From IMG/VR virus record IMGVR_UViG_3300045988_095445: 64,000 bases of DNA; one strand, given 5' to 3'. Source of the stretch: a virus. The notes below the pieces were generated by a model. The model was not told where the DNA came from. It made no database searches and saw only the letters and a list, made by a program, of their open reading frames with translations. This document shows, piece by piece, positions 12,177 through 24,558 of the stretch. Both the position numbers and the translations under genes were made by a program. Within the stretch, counting starts at the first letter, position 1. The number at the start of each line of letters is the position of its first letter.

Positions 12177-13568
12177 ATGCGTTTTGGTATTCGTGAGATT
12201 TGCGATGTAGTACTTCGTGCCAAAAGCTATCAGACTTTAGGTAATCGTAAGTTCTATAAAAATGAACCAGTTTTGTACTTTGACACTTTAAGAACCTCTA
12301 CTCTTGAAGGTGCTGCAACAACTGTATACGCACAGGGCGGACGTGGATATACTAGATTGATTGCTTGGGAAGGTGAGCGTACTCTAACATTTACAATGGA
12401 AGATGCTTTACTTTCTCCAGAGAGCTTCTCTATTCTTTCTGGTGCAGGTCTGCTTGATGCAACAAAAGAAGCTCCAATTTACGTTCATCAAACTTCTCAG
12501 GTAGAAGTTGAAACAGCTAACACTATCGTAATTCCTGATAAAGCCTGTTGGAATGGATTTGCAGATCATGAAAATGAAATGTATCATCGTTCTGCTGACA
12601 TTTTTGTAATGGTATTAGGAGATGATGGTCAAGTTAATGCTGAACCATGCATTCCTGTTTCTGTTTCTTATACAGAGGACGGAAAATCAACTTTAACTTG
12701 CTATTCTCATGCGGGAGTGCTCCCATCTGGTACTATCGTTTTAGTTGACTATTATGTAAAGCGCACTGGTGGTGCCCAGATGATTGAGATTACCGCTGAT
12801 AAGTTTGGCGGAAACTATTATCTTGAAGCTTCTACTCTATTCCGCCGTGAGAGCGATGGCGTAGATATGCCTGCTGAATTTATTATTCCTAACTGTAAGG
12901 TTCAGAGTAACTTCACATTCAGCATGGCTGCTAACGGTGATCCATCTACCTTTACATTCACAATGGACGCTTTCCCAGACTACACTAAGTTTGATCAAAC
13001 TCATAAAGTTCTTGCCGCTATTCAGGTAATTACTGATGAAACTGGAGAAACCGAAGGTTCTCGTGAGCCATGCTCTGAGAATGTTGGTACTTATGAGAGT
13101 GAAGCCGCTGATGTAACTGTAAATTTTGTTTCTAACAGTGCCACAGAGGCGGAACTTGATGTAACTGGTACTGTAACAGGAAAGGCTTATGATATTGAGG
13201 CTTATGGAGATACAATTCCAGAAGCCGCACAAATTAGCCTCCAAATTCCAGTAGAGAGCGATAGTACCAAGTATACTGTAGTAATAACTAACCCAGCATA
13301 TGAGAAATACTTCTCTACTGATGACCGTATTGAGGGCAATACAAAGACTCAAACCGTAGATGGCGCAGAATTGGCAGATGGCCTATTAGTAATTCTTACT
13401 AAGGAGAGTAATACAACTCCTATTACAGCTAAGATTACTAAGATTAACGGAGACTTTGAGAAGAGTTATACTATTAATAACAAGCTCAGTTTTGCAGAAA
13501 GCACAAGCACTTATTCTGGCGCAAAAATGCGCAATAAGTTAGTCTCTGTTAGCGACGACACCATTTAA
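12177..13568 (+). CDS. major tail protein (sheath- or tube-like), TAG-free
   Basis: Intact 463-aa ORF with SD AAGGAGGAATTAGCTC. It has no TAG codons and higher local GC. A strong terminator follows. An Ig-like C-terminal region is present. It lies upstream of the tape measure gene. Confidence 0.5.
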   Translation: MRFGIREICDVVLRAKSYQTLGNRKFYKNEPVLYFDTLRTSTLEGAATTVYAQGGRGYTRLIAWEGERTLTFTMEDALLSPESFSILSGAGLLDATKEAPIYVHQTSQVEVETANTIVIPDKACWNGFADHENEMYHRSADIFVMVLGDDGQVNAEPCIPVSVSYTEDGKSTLTCYSHAGVLPSGTIVLVDYYVKRTGGAQMIEITADKFGGNYYLEASTLFRRESDGVDMPAEFIIPNCKVQSNFTFSMAANGDPSTFTFTMDAFPDYTKFDQTHKVLAAIQVITDETGETEGSREPCSENVGTYESEAADVTVNFVSNSATEAELDVTGTVTGKAYDIEAYGDTIPEAAQISLQIPVESDSTKYTVVITNPAYEKYFSTDDRIEGNTKTQTVDGAELADGLLVILTKESNTTPITAKITKINGDFEKSYTINNKLSFAESTSTYSGAKMRNKLVSVSDDTI

Positions 13569-13574
13569 TTTTAA

Positions 13575-13609
13575 GGGAGGACTTAATAAAGTCCTCCCTT
13601 TTTCTTTTT
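13575..13609 (+). terminator. rho-independent terminator
   Basis: GGGAGGACTTAATAAAGTCCTCCC followed by TTTTTCTTTTT. Confidence 0.7.
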
Positions 13610-13627
13610 ATAAGGAGATATAGGAGT

Positions 13628-15070
13628 ATGGATGTTAATATTTATGATTATGTATAGCGTTGGTCTTTAAATTATATTGTTTATCATAGTAGTCATTTAA
13701 GAGAATACGGAGATGTAGAGTCCGCAAATATTCTCTTTAGTGGATAGTATCAAGAGGCAATGAGTAAAATGAAGACTGCGGGAATTGAGACTTAGATTGT
13801 ATCAATTCAAGAATAGATGCGGTCTAAAGGTCCAGTTGCCGCGAGTGGGTTAAGAGTTTTGAGTGATTTATAGATTGGTACCTTATTGGATTCTACTCTT
13901 GATTAGATCGCGGCAGGTATCAATGAAGGAATTGAATTAGCCGGTGGATAGGTAAATTTTGAGAATTATAATACTATATTACAATAGGCTGGCAATTTTA
14001 ATAATTTGTTGGCTAATGGGGCACCTGATATAAAAAGAGTTAATGATTTTTTTAGATTATTGATATAGGCTCTTATGAAAGCCAATATGATAAATGTCAG
14101 TGTTCTTGATGCTTTAACCTAGATAGGAAGATCGCTAATTGGTACTAGTTTTTAGATAGATAATTCTTAGCAGCACTATGTTATGTCCATTGAAGATGGG
14201 GATATCAATGTAGCGAAAGAAGTAATAGATTCGTTGAGTAGAGCGGTTTCAAGATTAAATGAAGGTGGAAGTGTAAACTCTAGATCTTTTGCTAATACAA
14301 TATCATATATTTTTAGAAAAGTTATTGGAAATTAGATTAGTCAAGCTATAGTCGCAGAAGGTATATCTATTGGAATTAATACTGCGGATAGTATATTAGA
14401 TACTGCTATTAAGTAGTCTGGTGGAAAATTAAAGTAGGTTGATAGAGGATAGAATACTACTTCTGACAATGGAAGTAGAGGTGCTGTTAAAGTTTTTAAT
14501 AATGATGTTTTTAATTTGTCAGTAACTAAGGGTAATCAAGTATTTAATATAGAAATTAGTGCTAATGTTAATGCAAAGTGGTAGAATAAAAAGAAATCTG
14601 CAAATAGAATTTAGGTTTTTTCAAATATGAATGTAGGGGATTATTTTTCTGGTTAGCCAGAAAAATATCTTGCTTATAATATGATTGCTCATAGATTCAC
14701 TGGATCAGATTTTGAAGAATCTTTTAATAATATTCGTGCATCGGTAGCCGCCTCATTTTTTAATGAATGGGTTTCTTCTGGCGGTCTAGCTTCTTCTAAA
14801 GGACATCTTGGTCAGTTACTTATTGTTAATGGTAAAGTTTTTTCTATTTAGCGTATTATAAATAATATTTGTGATGACATAGTTCGCAATAGCGGTCATG
14901 AAATAGTTTCTATTGGGGGAGAAAATTCTACTGGTAATAAGTGGTATGGAAATACTGGTCCAAATGTATTAGACGCTTTAACTCGTAGTAATATAGTTAA
15001 TGAAGTTATAAGTAAATTAACAATTTCTGCTACATTAAACAATAATATATTGTCTAAATACGCATATTAA
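13628..15070 (+). CDS. hypothetical tail-module protein, extremely TAG-rich (about 25 TAGs in 481 codons)
   Basis: ATG at 13628 after SD AAGGAGATATAGGAG. There is a single frame to TAA at 15068-15070 with no TAA or TGA inside. The Gln-rich translation reads coherently (QYQEAM, IQEQMRS, ILQQAGNF). Confidence 0.5.
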
Positions 15071-15074
15071 AAAC

Positions 15075-15103
15075 TTGACAATAGTTAATTTTTCTAGTAT
15101 AAT
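15075..15103 (+). promoter_or_regulatory. consensus sigma70-type promoter TTGACA-N17-TATAAT
   Basis: TTGACAatagttaatttttctagTATAAT sits about 30 nt upstream of the SD and ATG of 15136..15675. Confidence 0.55.
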
Positions 15104-15135
15104 AAAAATATAAATGAGATAAAGGAGTTTTTACA

Positions 15136-15675
15136 ATGAGTGAAATTACTTTTAAAGATTTGGGTTTGGAGCCTAAAATTAAATATACAGAAGTAAAAAT
15201 TGGAGAAGATAAGATTTTATCTGTGGTTAATTATCTTCCGATTGCAGATAAAACAAATCTTATTACTTTTGTCGCAGATTTAGCGATAGATGAGATGACT
15301 GGGTGTTTTAGTCCGGTAAGAGTAGAAACTTATTTTGCTATTGCTATTTGCAGATGGTATGGTGGAATTGTTTTTGAGCAAGAAGATGTGCATGAAAATA
15401 TTGCCAAAACTTATGATACACTAGAGACTAATGGTGTTATTGATGCAGTTAGAAGTGCTATTCCAGTAGATGAATTGTCTTTTATTGAAGACTTAGTTAG
15501 AGATACTTTAAGCGATATAGCAAGATATAATAACTCTGCCGCAGGCATTATCCAAATGATGAATAAAAATGCTTCTGGATTAGATACATATATTACTGAT
15601 ATAATGGAAAAAATTAAAAATGGTGAGAATCTTGAAACTTTATCAGTAATTAAAGATGTGGTTGGAAAAGATTAA
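15136..15675 (+). CDS. tail protein, TAG-free (tail tube or tape-measure chaperone candidate)
   Basis: Intact 179-aa ORF with its own consensus promoter and a downstream terminator. It lies immediately upstream of the tape measure gene. Confidence 0.45.
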   Translation: MSEITFKDLGLEPKIKYTEVKIGEDKILSVVNYLPIADKTNLITFVADLAIDEMTGCFSPVRVETYFAIAICRWYGGIVFEQEDVHENIAKTYDTLETNGVIDAVRSAIPVDELSFIEDLVRDTLSDIARYNNSAAGIIQMMNKNASGLDTYITDIMEKIKNGENLETLSVIKDVVGKD

Positions 15676-15712
15676 TAAATCTAATATAATTTACAAATTA
15701 GATAGAGAATTA

Positions 15713-15753
15713 AAAGGCTCTTGAGATATAATTCTCAAGAGCCTTATTTGTTT
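15713..15753 (+). terminator. rho-independent terminator
   Basis: AAGGCTCTTGAGATATAATTCTCAAGAGCCTT followed by ATTTGTTTT. Confidence 0.65.
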
Positions 15754-15780
15754 TATGGGTGATAAAGGAGGAAAAGGATT

Positions 15781-18700
15781 GTGGCTAATAATAGAAGATT
15801 AAATTATTAGATTGGGTTTGATGTTGATACTGCTGAACTTTACAGAGCAGTAAACGAGGCAGTTCAATCTTTAAATAAAATCAGTGCCGGTTCTAAAGTT
15901 ACAGCAGAATTGCGACAAGCTTCTTAGTCTGCGCTAGAGTTATCTACTTATATGCATTAGGCATTTAATCAAGGGACTGGAAAGTTAGATTTAGTAGCTT
16001 TTGAAAATAGTTTAAAATCTAGCGGAAGAACTCTTAAAGATTATGCCAACTCGTTAATTTCGATTGGTACCGAGGGGCAAAAGGCTTTTTTAAATGTAGC
16101 AACAGCGATTCAAAAAGCGGAGCTTCCAGCATTGCGCACTGGCAAAATATTTGATTAGTTATGGATTACTATGAAAAATACTATGAGATGGCAGATTACC
16201 TCCACCGCGTTAAATAGTTTTGTGGGAACCATAGAATCAGCTTATGGGTATGCACAAGATCTAAATGAATCATTAACAAATATTCGTATAGTTACTGAAA
16301 ATTCTGCGGAAGACATGGCTAAATTTGCTCAATAGGCAAATGAAGCAGCAAAAGCATTAAGTACAACTACTGTTAAATATAGTGATGCTGCTTTGATTTA
16401 TTATCAATAGGGTCTTACTGAATAGGAAGTTTTAGATAGAACTGAAACTACTATTAAAATGGCTAATGCCGCAGGAATTAGTGCATAGACCGCTTCGGAT
16501 CAGCTGACCGCAGTTTGGAACAACTTCTATGATGGAAGTAAGAGTCTTGAATATTATGCTGATGTAATGGTGCGTTTAGGCGCCGATACAGCGTCTAGCT
16601 CTGATGAAATTTCAGAAGGTATCCAACAATTTGCCTCTGTAGCAGATACAGTTGGATTAAGTTACGAATATGCTGCTTCTGCTCTTGCTACTGTCACTGC
16701 TACGACACGTGAGTCTGCTAATACAGTAGGTACAGCATTTAGAACTTTATTTGCTCGTATCCAAGGCTTAAATCTTGGAGAAACTCTCGATGATGGCACT
16801 ACATTAAATAAATATTCTAAAGCTCTTGAAAAAGTGGGTATTGATATTTTTGATGTTAATGGTGAGATTAAAACTATGGATACCTTACTTGATGAAATGG
16901 GTTCAAAATGGGAGACCTTATCTAATGACTAGTAGATTGCTTTGGCTTAGACCGTAGCCGGAGTTCGCCAATATACTCGTCTTATTGCACTTATGGATAA
17001 TTGGGATTTCTTTTAGGAGAATTTAGCTAGTGCTTATGGAGCAGAGGGATCTCTTTAGGAACAGGCAGATATTTATGCTGAATCTTGGGAAGCTGCTAGA
17101 GATAGAGTAAAAGCATCTGCTGAGGATATTTATGATAGTGTCATAAATCCAGATTTGTATATAAATGCAGATAATGTCTTAACTCCATTTTTATCTGGTA
17201 TTGCAGACGCCATTGATGCAATGGGAGGGTTAAATGGTATTTTAGCTAGTACCGCTTTGTTGATTAATGGGATTTATGGAAATAAGATTGCTGAATCAAT
17301 GCGTTCTATGGTGGCTAATATAAAAGTTCTATCTGGATTAGAGTAGAATAGAGCGAGAAATTTGTAGGCATCAGCGGCTGAGATAGCAACTCAATTAGGC
17401 TTAACAAACTCTATGTCTTAGGCTGAAAAAAATCTTTTTAATATTATGGTTGACTAGGCTAATATATAGGGCCAAATAAATAGTAACTACGACGCGATGG
17501 ATGCTAATGGTCGTAGATTAATTTAGACAGAACAGTTAAAATTAAGTATTTTGCAAGATTAGTTAAAGACATATTCTTAGTAGTAGATTTAGTCTAGGGA
17601 AAATGTATTAAATCTTAGAGATACTATTTATTTTAATATAGGAATAAAAGATGGCTGGCAAGAAGAAGTTAAAGCAGAAATAAATAAATTTAATAGTAGA
17701 AATAAAAGTAATCAAATTTAGTTAAATATAAGAGCTAATAGTAACCTTGATAAAATTTATAATGATGTTACTACTTAGTTAACTAGTTTAATTTAGCAAT
17801 CTACAAAACTTGATACAGTGTATCAAGAATTTAAAAAACTTGAAAGCGCTGGAACTGCGACTAGAGACAGCCTTCGTAATTTATTATCTAGTGTTACGGG
17901 CAAAGAACATAATTATGCTTAGATTGAATGGCTGACTTAGCAATTAGAGGGGTTAAAAAATTAGTCTCAAAATGCAAAATTGCAAATTCGTGAACTTGGG
18001 ACTATTTTATAGACTATGGGAGCCGATCCAAGAGTAGTTACTTCTTATATTAATGAATTAACAAAATTGGAGTCTGTTACTGCAAGAACAACTGAACAAG
18101 AGGCTCGATATTAGGAATTGTTAGCGAAGTTCCCTAGTGTAATTACAAAAGCATTAATACCAACGAGAGATTGGGCTACAATATTGGTTTAGGTTGGAAG
18201 TTCTCTTTCTAGTTTAACTATGATTATGAATGCTTTTTAGAGCATTGGAAGAATTTTTTCTGATGAAGATATGACTTCAACTGAAAGAATTGTAGCTTTG
18301 TTTACTTCTCTTGGTATGTTACTACCCTCTATTATTTCTGTTTATAAAACTTTAAATATGTTAACTACTGCTCATGCTGTTGCAGCAGCGGCGGACGCCG
18401 CGGCAACATCAGTAGAGGCTTTAGCGACAGAATAGCTTGCTATGGCGAAGCAGAAAGCCGCTATGGCTTCCGGCATCTTAACTGCTGCAATTATGGTAGC
18501 AATAATAGCGATTACTGCAATAACAAGTGCTATAAAAGCATAGCATGAAGCAACCTTGGCTGCTGCTTAGGCCTCTATTGATGCGGCAAATGCAAAAAAA
18601 GAAGAAGCACAAGCGAATAGAGAGTTAATTCAATCTACTCAAAATGCCTTATCTACTTATCAAGAAACTGGGGATGGAAAAGAAGAGTTAGATGATTTAA

Positions 18701-21700
18701 CTCGTTAGTTGGCTAAAGCGTATGGTTTAGAAGGCAGTGCATTAGCTAGACTAAGTGGATAGTATGAAGATTATAATAGTGTTTTAAAAGCTGCTCAAGA
18801 AGCTCAAAGAAGAGAACTTTAGGAAACTTTGTAGTCCCAAGAAGAAGCGTTACGTGCGAATGAAACTCTCATTCTTGAAACCGCGAGAGAGGGCGTGGGC
18901 CACGTATATTTTGGTGGAAATTATGAGGGGTCTTTTACTGGTTTTAATGATTTTTGGAATGGCACCGAAGAAGATACTGCATCTAATATTCTTCTCAATA
19001 ATGTGGACGCTTTATATAGTAGTTGGAATGACAATGTAATTGGCGGAAGAAGAAACTTAGCTTTTTCTATAGACCCAAATAATACAGAAGAATTAATTAA
19101 TTTTTATGATCAATTAAATAATGCTATTAATTTGATGAATAATAGCATGACTGTTTCGGAAAGAGGAGCATCTGGACTTTATAATGCTGCTGTTGAGTGG
19201 CGAGATAAAATGGAAGAGGTTGTCACTCAATATAAAGAAACTAAAGAGAGTATAAATGTTATTCGGGTATAGCTTGGAGAGTTTAATAATTAGACTATTA
19301 CCGATGATCAAGTATCAAGTTTAGCGTAGTATAAAATTTGGGTTAACGAAGTTACAGAGGCGCTCACTTCTGCTGGATATGAAGGCGAAGAATTAAACGA
19401 TATAATCAATGATTTAGTATCTACTTCTCTGAATCCTGATATTAGTGGCTTTAAAGATATTTATGACGCAATTTTAGAGGTTAAAGAATTAGTCAATGAT
19501 GAAGAATTAAAAAGTAATCTTGAATCTATTTTTACAGATGAAAATTATGATACTTCTGTATTAAATTTATTAAATTGGGGTGCTTTAACATAGGAGACTT
19601 TTTAGGATGCCTATGACAGTGCTAAAAAATATGCTGATGTTATTTCCGAAGTTAAAAACACAACAGAATCTTTAACTACTGCACAATCTGCCTTAGAAAC
19701 TCTTGGAGATAGAGATTTAGATCGAGAAGAATTAGAATCACTTTCTAAAACTGTTGATTGGGGAAATCAAGAAAAAGGAATTATTGATTTTAATTAGTTC
19801 CTTGCTATGACTTTAGTTGAACAATAGAGTTATTTATAGAGGATTATAAATGAGTCCTATTAGGCTGTCAATAATAGATTAATAGATTAGATTAGTGAAG
19901 CAAAAAAGAGAATAACTGAGCAATAGGATATTTTAAATCAATATAGCGATTCTGAATTAGAACATGCAGAAAAAGTTGTTTATGCTTGGGAACAAGTTCG
20001 AGAAGCGTATAATGATTATCAAGGTAGCTTAAATGGCGGAGAAGAATTTAATCTTGATAATTATACGATTGATTGGGATTTGTTAGGTGAAAATTTTGAT
20101 TGGGAATCTTTTAAAACCGAAACTGCGGATAACGTAGCTAGTGCATTTGAGTATGGGACAAAAGAAGCTCAAGATAAAATTGATACTGTAACTTTAGCAG
20201 AGTAGCTAATTAGTAGTTTATAGGATGATATAGATTCTAGCACAGCTTAGTTACAAATAAATGCAGAATTAAATTTTTAGAATCAATTAGATTAGATTGA
20301 AAATTCCGTTGACGGAATTGTAAGTGTATTCGATGCTATTTCTGATGGAGTAAGCTAGACTACCAATGAAGCTGGAGAACAAGTTTGGAGTTTTAGTAGA
20401 GAAGCAGCTAAGGCTATTGAATCTATCTATCCAGGTTTTATAGCTAACGCGGAATTATTAAGGGATGGTACATTTGCTTTAACAGATGAGATGTATCAAG
20501 CATTTTATAATAGTTCTTAGGGGCAATTAGCTGTTGATGCTGATACCAAATCTAATATGCTTCAAAATCTTATTTCTCTTTTAGAGGCTAAACGAGGAGA
20601 GGCTGAAGCTTCGCTTAAGATCGCTGATCAGCTAGCTTCTGGAGAATTAACTATAAACGAATTATCAGATGAGCAGAAGAGAACTTTATTAGCGGGATAT
20701 GTAAATGCTTAGAATCTTGCTAATGGAGAAATGTTAGATGATTAGGTCAATAGTTTAACCGCACAAGATACAAATTAGTAGACTTTATGGACTAATGTTA
20801 GCGAGTATTCTGCTTAGGGCGCGCAGAACATGAGTACTAATGTATAGTTAAATACTCAAAATGTTCTTGCTAATCTTGAAAAAATTAGAGATGCGGCATA
20901 TGCTACTGGAATTCAAGTATCTCAAATAGGAACTGATAATGTTACTAAGCAAGATTTTGATACTTCTGCTGTTTCTTTTGATAGTTCGGCTGCAACAACA
21001 ATAGATACGAGTAACGCTGATGATTTCTTAAATTCTTTAACTGCAAATTTAGATGTAGAACCTGTAACCGCAGACGATTTAAATATTTATGGTGATGCTA
21101 GTGAGGCACTTGAAGCTAAGCAATCTTAGGCAGTTGGAGAAGCGCTAAGGGCCATTTATTAGGGGAGTATTGATGGGTATAATGAGGCTATAGCAGCAGC
21201 AAAAATAGCCTAGAGCAAATTATTAGATTCTATTGATGGAGCTATAGAAGGGGTAAAGGGAAGTTCAAGTGGCGGAGATAATGAAGGCACTAAGTATGAC
21301 GAAGAAGATGAAAAGACTCTAAAGGATATTGAAGATAGATACCATGAAATAACTCGCGAAATTGAGAATTAGAACGATTTATTAGATGATATTGGAAATA
21401 ATATAGATAGAGCCTATGGCGCCAATAAACTTCAAGCATACTAGAGAGAACTTCAAGAATTAGAGAAATAGCAAGCTAATTATAACAAACTACTTAATGA
21501 AGCTGAAACTTATCTTACAAAAGACTAGGCAGATCTTCAAGGGTTGTTTAATAATTCTCTTATTTTTGATGAAAATGGAGAAATTGAAGGTTATCAAAGT
21601 GTTCTTCAATCTATAATAGATGATTATAATAATAATTTCTTGGCAGATTATAATGCTTTTTTAGTTACCTTTAGTAATCTTACTAAAGATGAATAGGAAG

Positions 21701-24507
21701 CTAGATAGGCAGAATATGATAGTTGGCAGTTACAAAAGGAAGCTGCTGATGAATTATTCCAAGCTCGTTAGGATGCTCTCGCCCAATATGAAGAAACTCT
21801 TGACAAAATTCAAGAAGTAAAGGATGAATAGGAAGAACTAGAGAGAAGCATCGCAGACAATAGATTGAGCTAGATTGAATATAAACTTGAAGTTGTAATA
21901 GAAATAAAAGATGCTAAAGATGCTGTTCGTGAATTAACTAAAAAGATTGCAGAATCATTTGGCGATGAATTAACTCATGGTATTGAAGTCGCTCGTATTG
22001 ATGAAAATAGTGTGAACGAAAATATAAAAATAATCAAGGATTATGAAGAAACACTTAAGAGTTATCAAGAAGAATTGGCTAACGCAACGGATGCAACCAA
22101 TATTGATGGAATTATAAGTAAAATATCTGATTTATAGGATAAAATAATTTCTACCGCAGAAGCTCTACTTGATTGGGTAGAAGGTCTTGAAGAAATGTTG
22201 CCAAATGCATTAGACGCTGCATCTGAAAGATTCGCTGAATTTACTGATCAACTTGACCATAATGAATCAGTTCTTGGACTTATAAAAGAATTGTATACAC
22301 TTTAGGGGGTTACATATAAAACCGAAGAAGGATTTGAATAGCTCCAAAAAGTAAGCGAAGAAACAATGAAAGCTCAAATAGCAAATGCGCAGTTAAATAA
22401 ATAGTGGTACGACGGTATTAAATAGGAACTTTTAGAAGCTTAGAGTGCGTTAGATGCGTTAGACGGCGATGAAACAGATCCGGCATATGATGGTTTAAAA
22501 GCTAATCGAGATGCATTATTAGAAGAATATAATGAAGCTCAATAGGCGATGTTAAGTTCCGCGCAAGCCGCTATGGAAACTGCACAAGAGATGTATACTT
22601 AGGCTATTGAAAGAGCCGTATACGAATTTGGATAGGCGGTTTCTGGCGGAGTTGGCTTAGATTTGCTACAAGACAAGTTCGATCATTATATTGAGCAAGA
22701 AGATAGATATTTAGATAAAGTAAATGAAGCATATGAAGTATCTTCTTGGTATAATAAACTTCAATAGGATATTGATAAAGCCACTAATTCTAAAATGAAA
22801 GATTAGTTGAAATAGTTACAAGAAGAAATTGATATTCGTAGAGAGAATAATACTTTATCTGAATATGATCTAGAAATTCTTGAAGCTAAGTATAATGTTC
22901 TTTAGGCTCAGATGGCTCTTGAAGATGCTCAAAATGCAAAGAATCAACTTAGATTAGTAAGAGATAGTCAAGGTAATTGGAATTATCAATATACCGCAGA
23001 TGCGAGTTAGATAGCAGATGCGGAATAGAATTTACTTGATGCAGAGAATGAATGGTATAATATAGCTAAACAATAGGTTGAAGATGTTACCGGAGAAATT
23101 ATTTCTACTTGGCAGGAATGTCAGGATAAAATAAAAGAGATTTATTCTGATATGACCTTGACTGATGAGGAAAGATCTGCCCGCGCGCAAGAAATCTATT
23201 CTTATTATACGCAGAAGGTTAAGGATCTAGAGAACGAAAAACAGATCGCTATTTAGGATATGACCGAAGCCGGTAATAAAGCCTTAATTGATATGGCTAT
23301 TGTTGCGGGAGACAAGGTAAGTGATCTAACTGGAATTACAAGTCAAGAAATTCAGGATATTATAGCCAACTCTGGCTCTAGTATTATTGATTTGTTATTA
23401 TCCGATAATGAATAGATTCAAGATATAGTTGGAAGTAATACAAAACTTATTGATTTATTTGATAATGTTTTTGCAAAAGATCTTGCTAATATGACTTCTA
23501 ATGCTGGAAATTTTGAAGATTTTCTATCTAAAGCCATGGACGAAGCAAGTGAAGCAATGGAAGATTATCAAACTACTGTCTCTGGAGTGGCTGATTAGAC
23601 TGGAACAAGCCTTGATGATTTAGAAGGTTATCTTGATGATGTTACAACTTCTACAGAGTTATGTTCTGATGCGGGATCAGAAGCTGTCACTTAGATGTTA
23701 GAATAGATAAGCACTATTCAAGATTTAAGTCAAGAATATTTAGACATGGCTGAATCAGTTAGAGAATATATAAGGGCTCTTGAGGAGGCTGCTAGAGCAG
23801 CTGGAAATACAATAGAAAGCGCTGGAGGAATAGATAAAGATGATTTACCTCCCGCTAATTCAGATCAATCTTCTGATAATAACTCTAGCAATAGTAATAG
23901 CGGATCTTCCAGTGGAGGGGCTGGAAGTGGCAATGGAATCCCAGAAGTAGGAGACGAAGTCATTTATACTGGTGGAACTTATTATCATGATTCTTATGGC
24001 ACAGATCCAGCAGGTAGACGTGGACCCGGTAAGAAAGTTAAAATAACTAATATAGCTAAAGGCAGACCATATCCGATTCATGTATAGTCTAATAATTCTG
24101 CATATGGCTGGTTAAAAGAAAGTCAAATAAGCGGATTTGATACAGGAGGTTATACTGGAGAATTTGATAATGCTAAATTAGCTTTCTTACACGAAAAAGA
24201 GTTAGTTTTAAATCAAGAAGATACGAAAAATATTCTCGCGGCGGTTTCTGCTATAAGAGCTTTTGAACCTAGTTTTATAGCTTCTATAGAGAAAGCGCTT
24301 GATGGAAATGCACTATCTATTTCTAATCTTATGGCATCAAGATTAGGATCTAATACTTAGATTACTCCAGCAGATAACACAGTTGAACCGTATATAAATA
24401 TTGAGCGAGTTGAGTTCCCAAATGCGACATCTTCTGATGAAATTCAAGATGCTATTCGTAGTTTAGCTGATGATGCTACTCAATGGGCAAATAGAAGAAA
24501 GGGATAA
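15781..24507 (+). CDS. tail tape measure protein (about 2909 aa)
   Basis: GTG start after AAAGGAGGAAAAGGATT. ORF-track fragments 16567.., 17155.., 18895.. and 23746.. are all in frame 1. Triplet reading is continuous to TAA at 24505-24507 with more than 100 in-frame TAGs and no TAA or TGA. The TMP core (EYYADVMVRLGADTASSSDEISEGIQQF..., around 16.5 kb), a hydrophobic TM segment around 18.2-18.5 kb, and long Q/E-rich coiled coils are present. Confidence 0.6.
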
Positions 24508-24558
24508 TAGGGGAGATTTCCTCCCCTATTATCCCTATGAGAAAAAGGAGGATAAATA

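Noticed and set aside
12837-13352. 171-aa ORF antisense to the major tail gene. Similar antisense or alternate-frame ORFs are 6688..6993, 7566..7832, 7601..8011, 8147..8386, 23860..24081, 27969..28187, 52138..53133, 54177..54425 and 56298..57050.
   Set aside because: These are shadow ORFs inside much longer, well-supported genes on the other strand or frame. They have low-complexity translations and no RBS.
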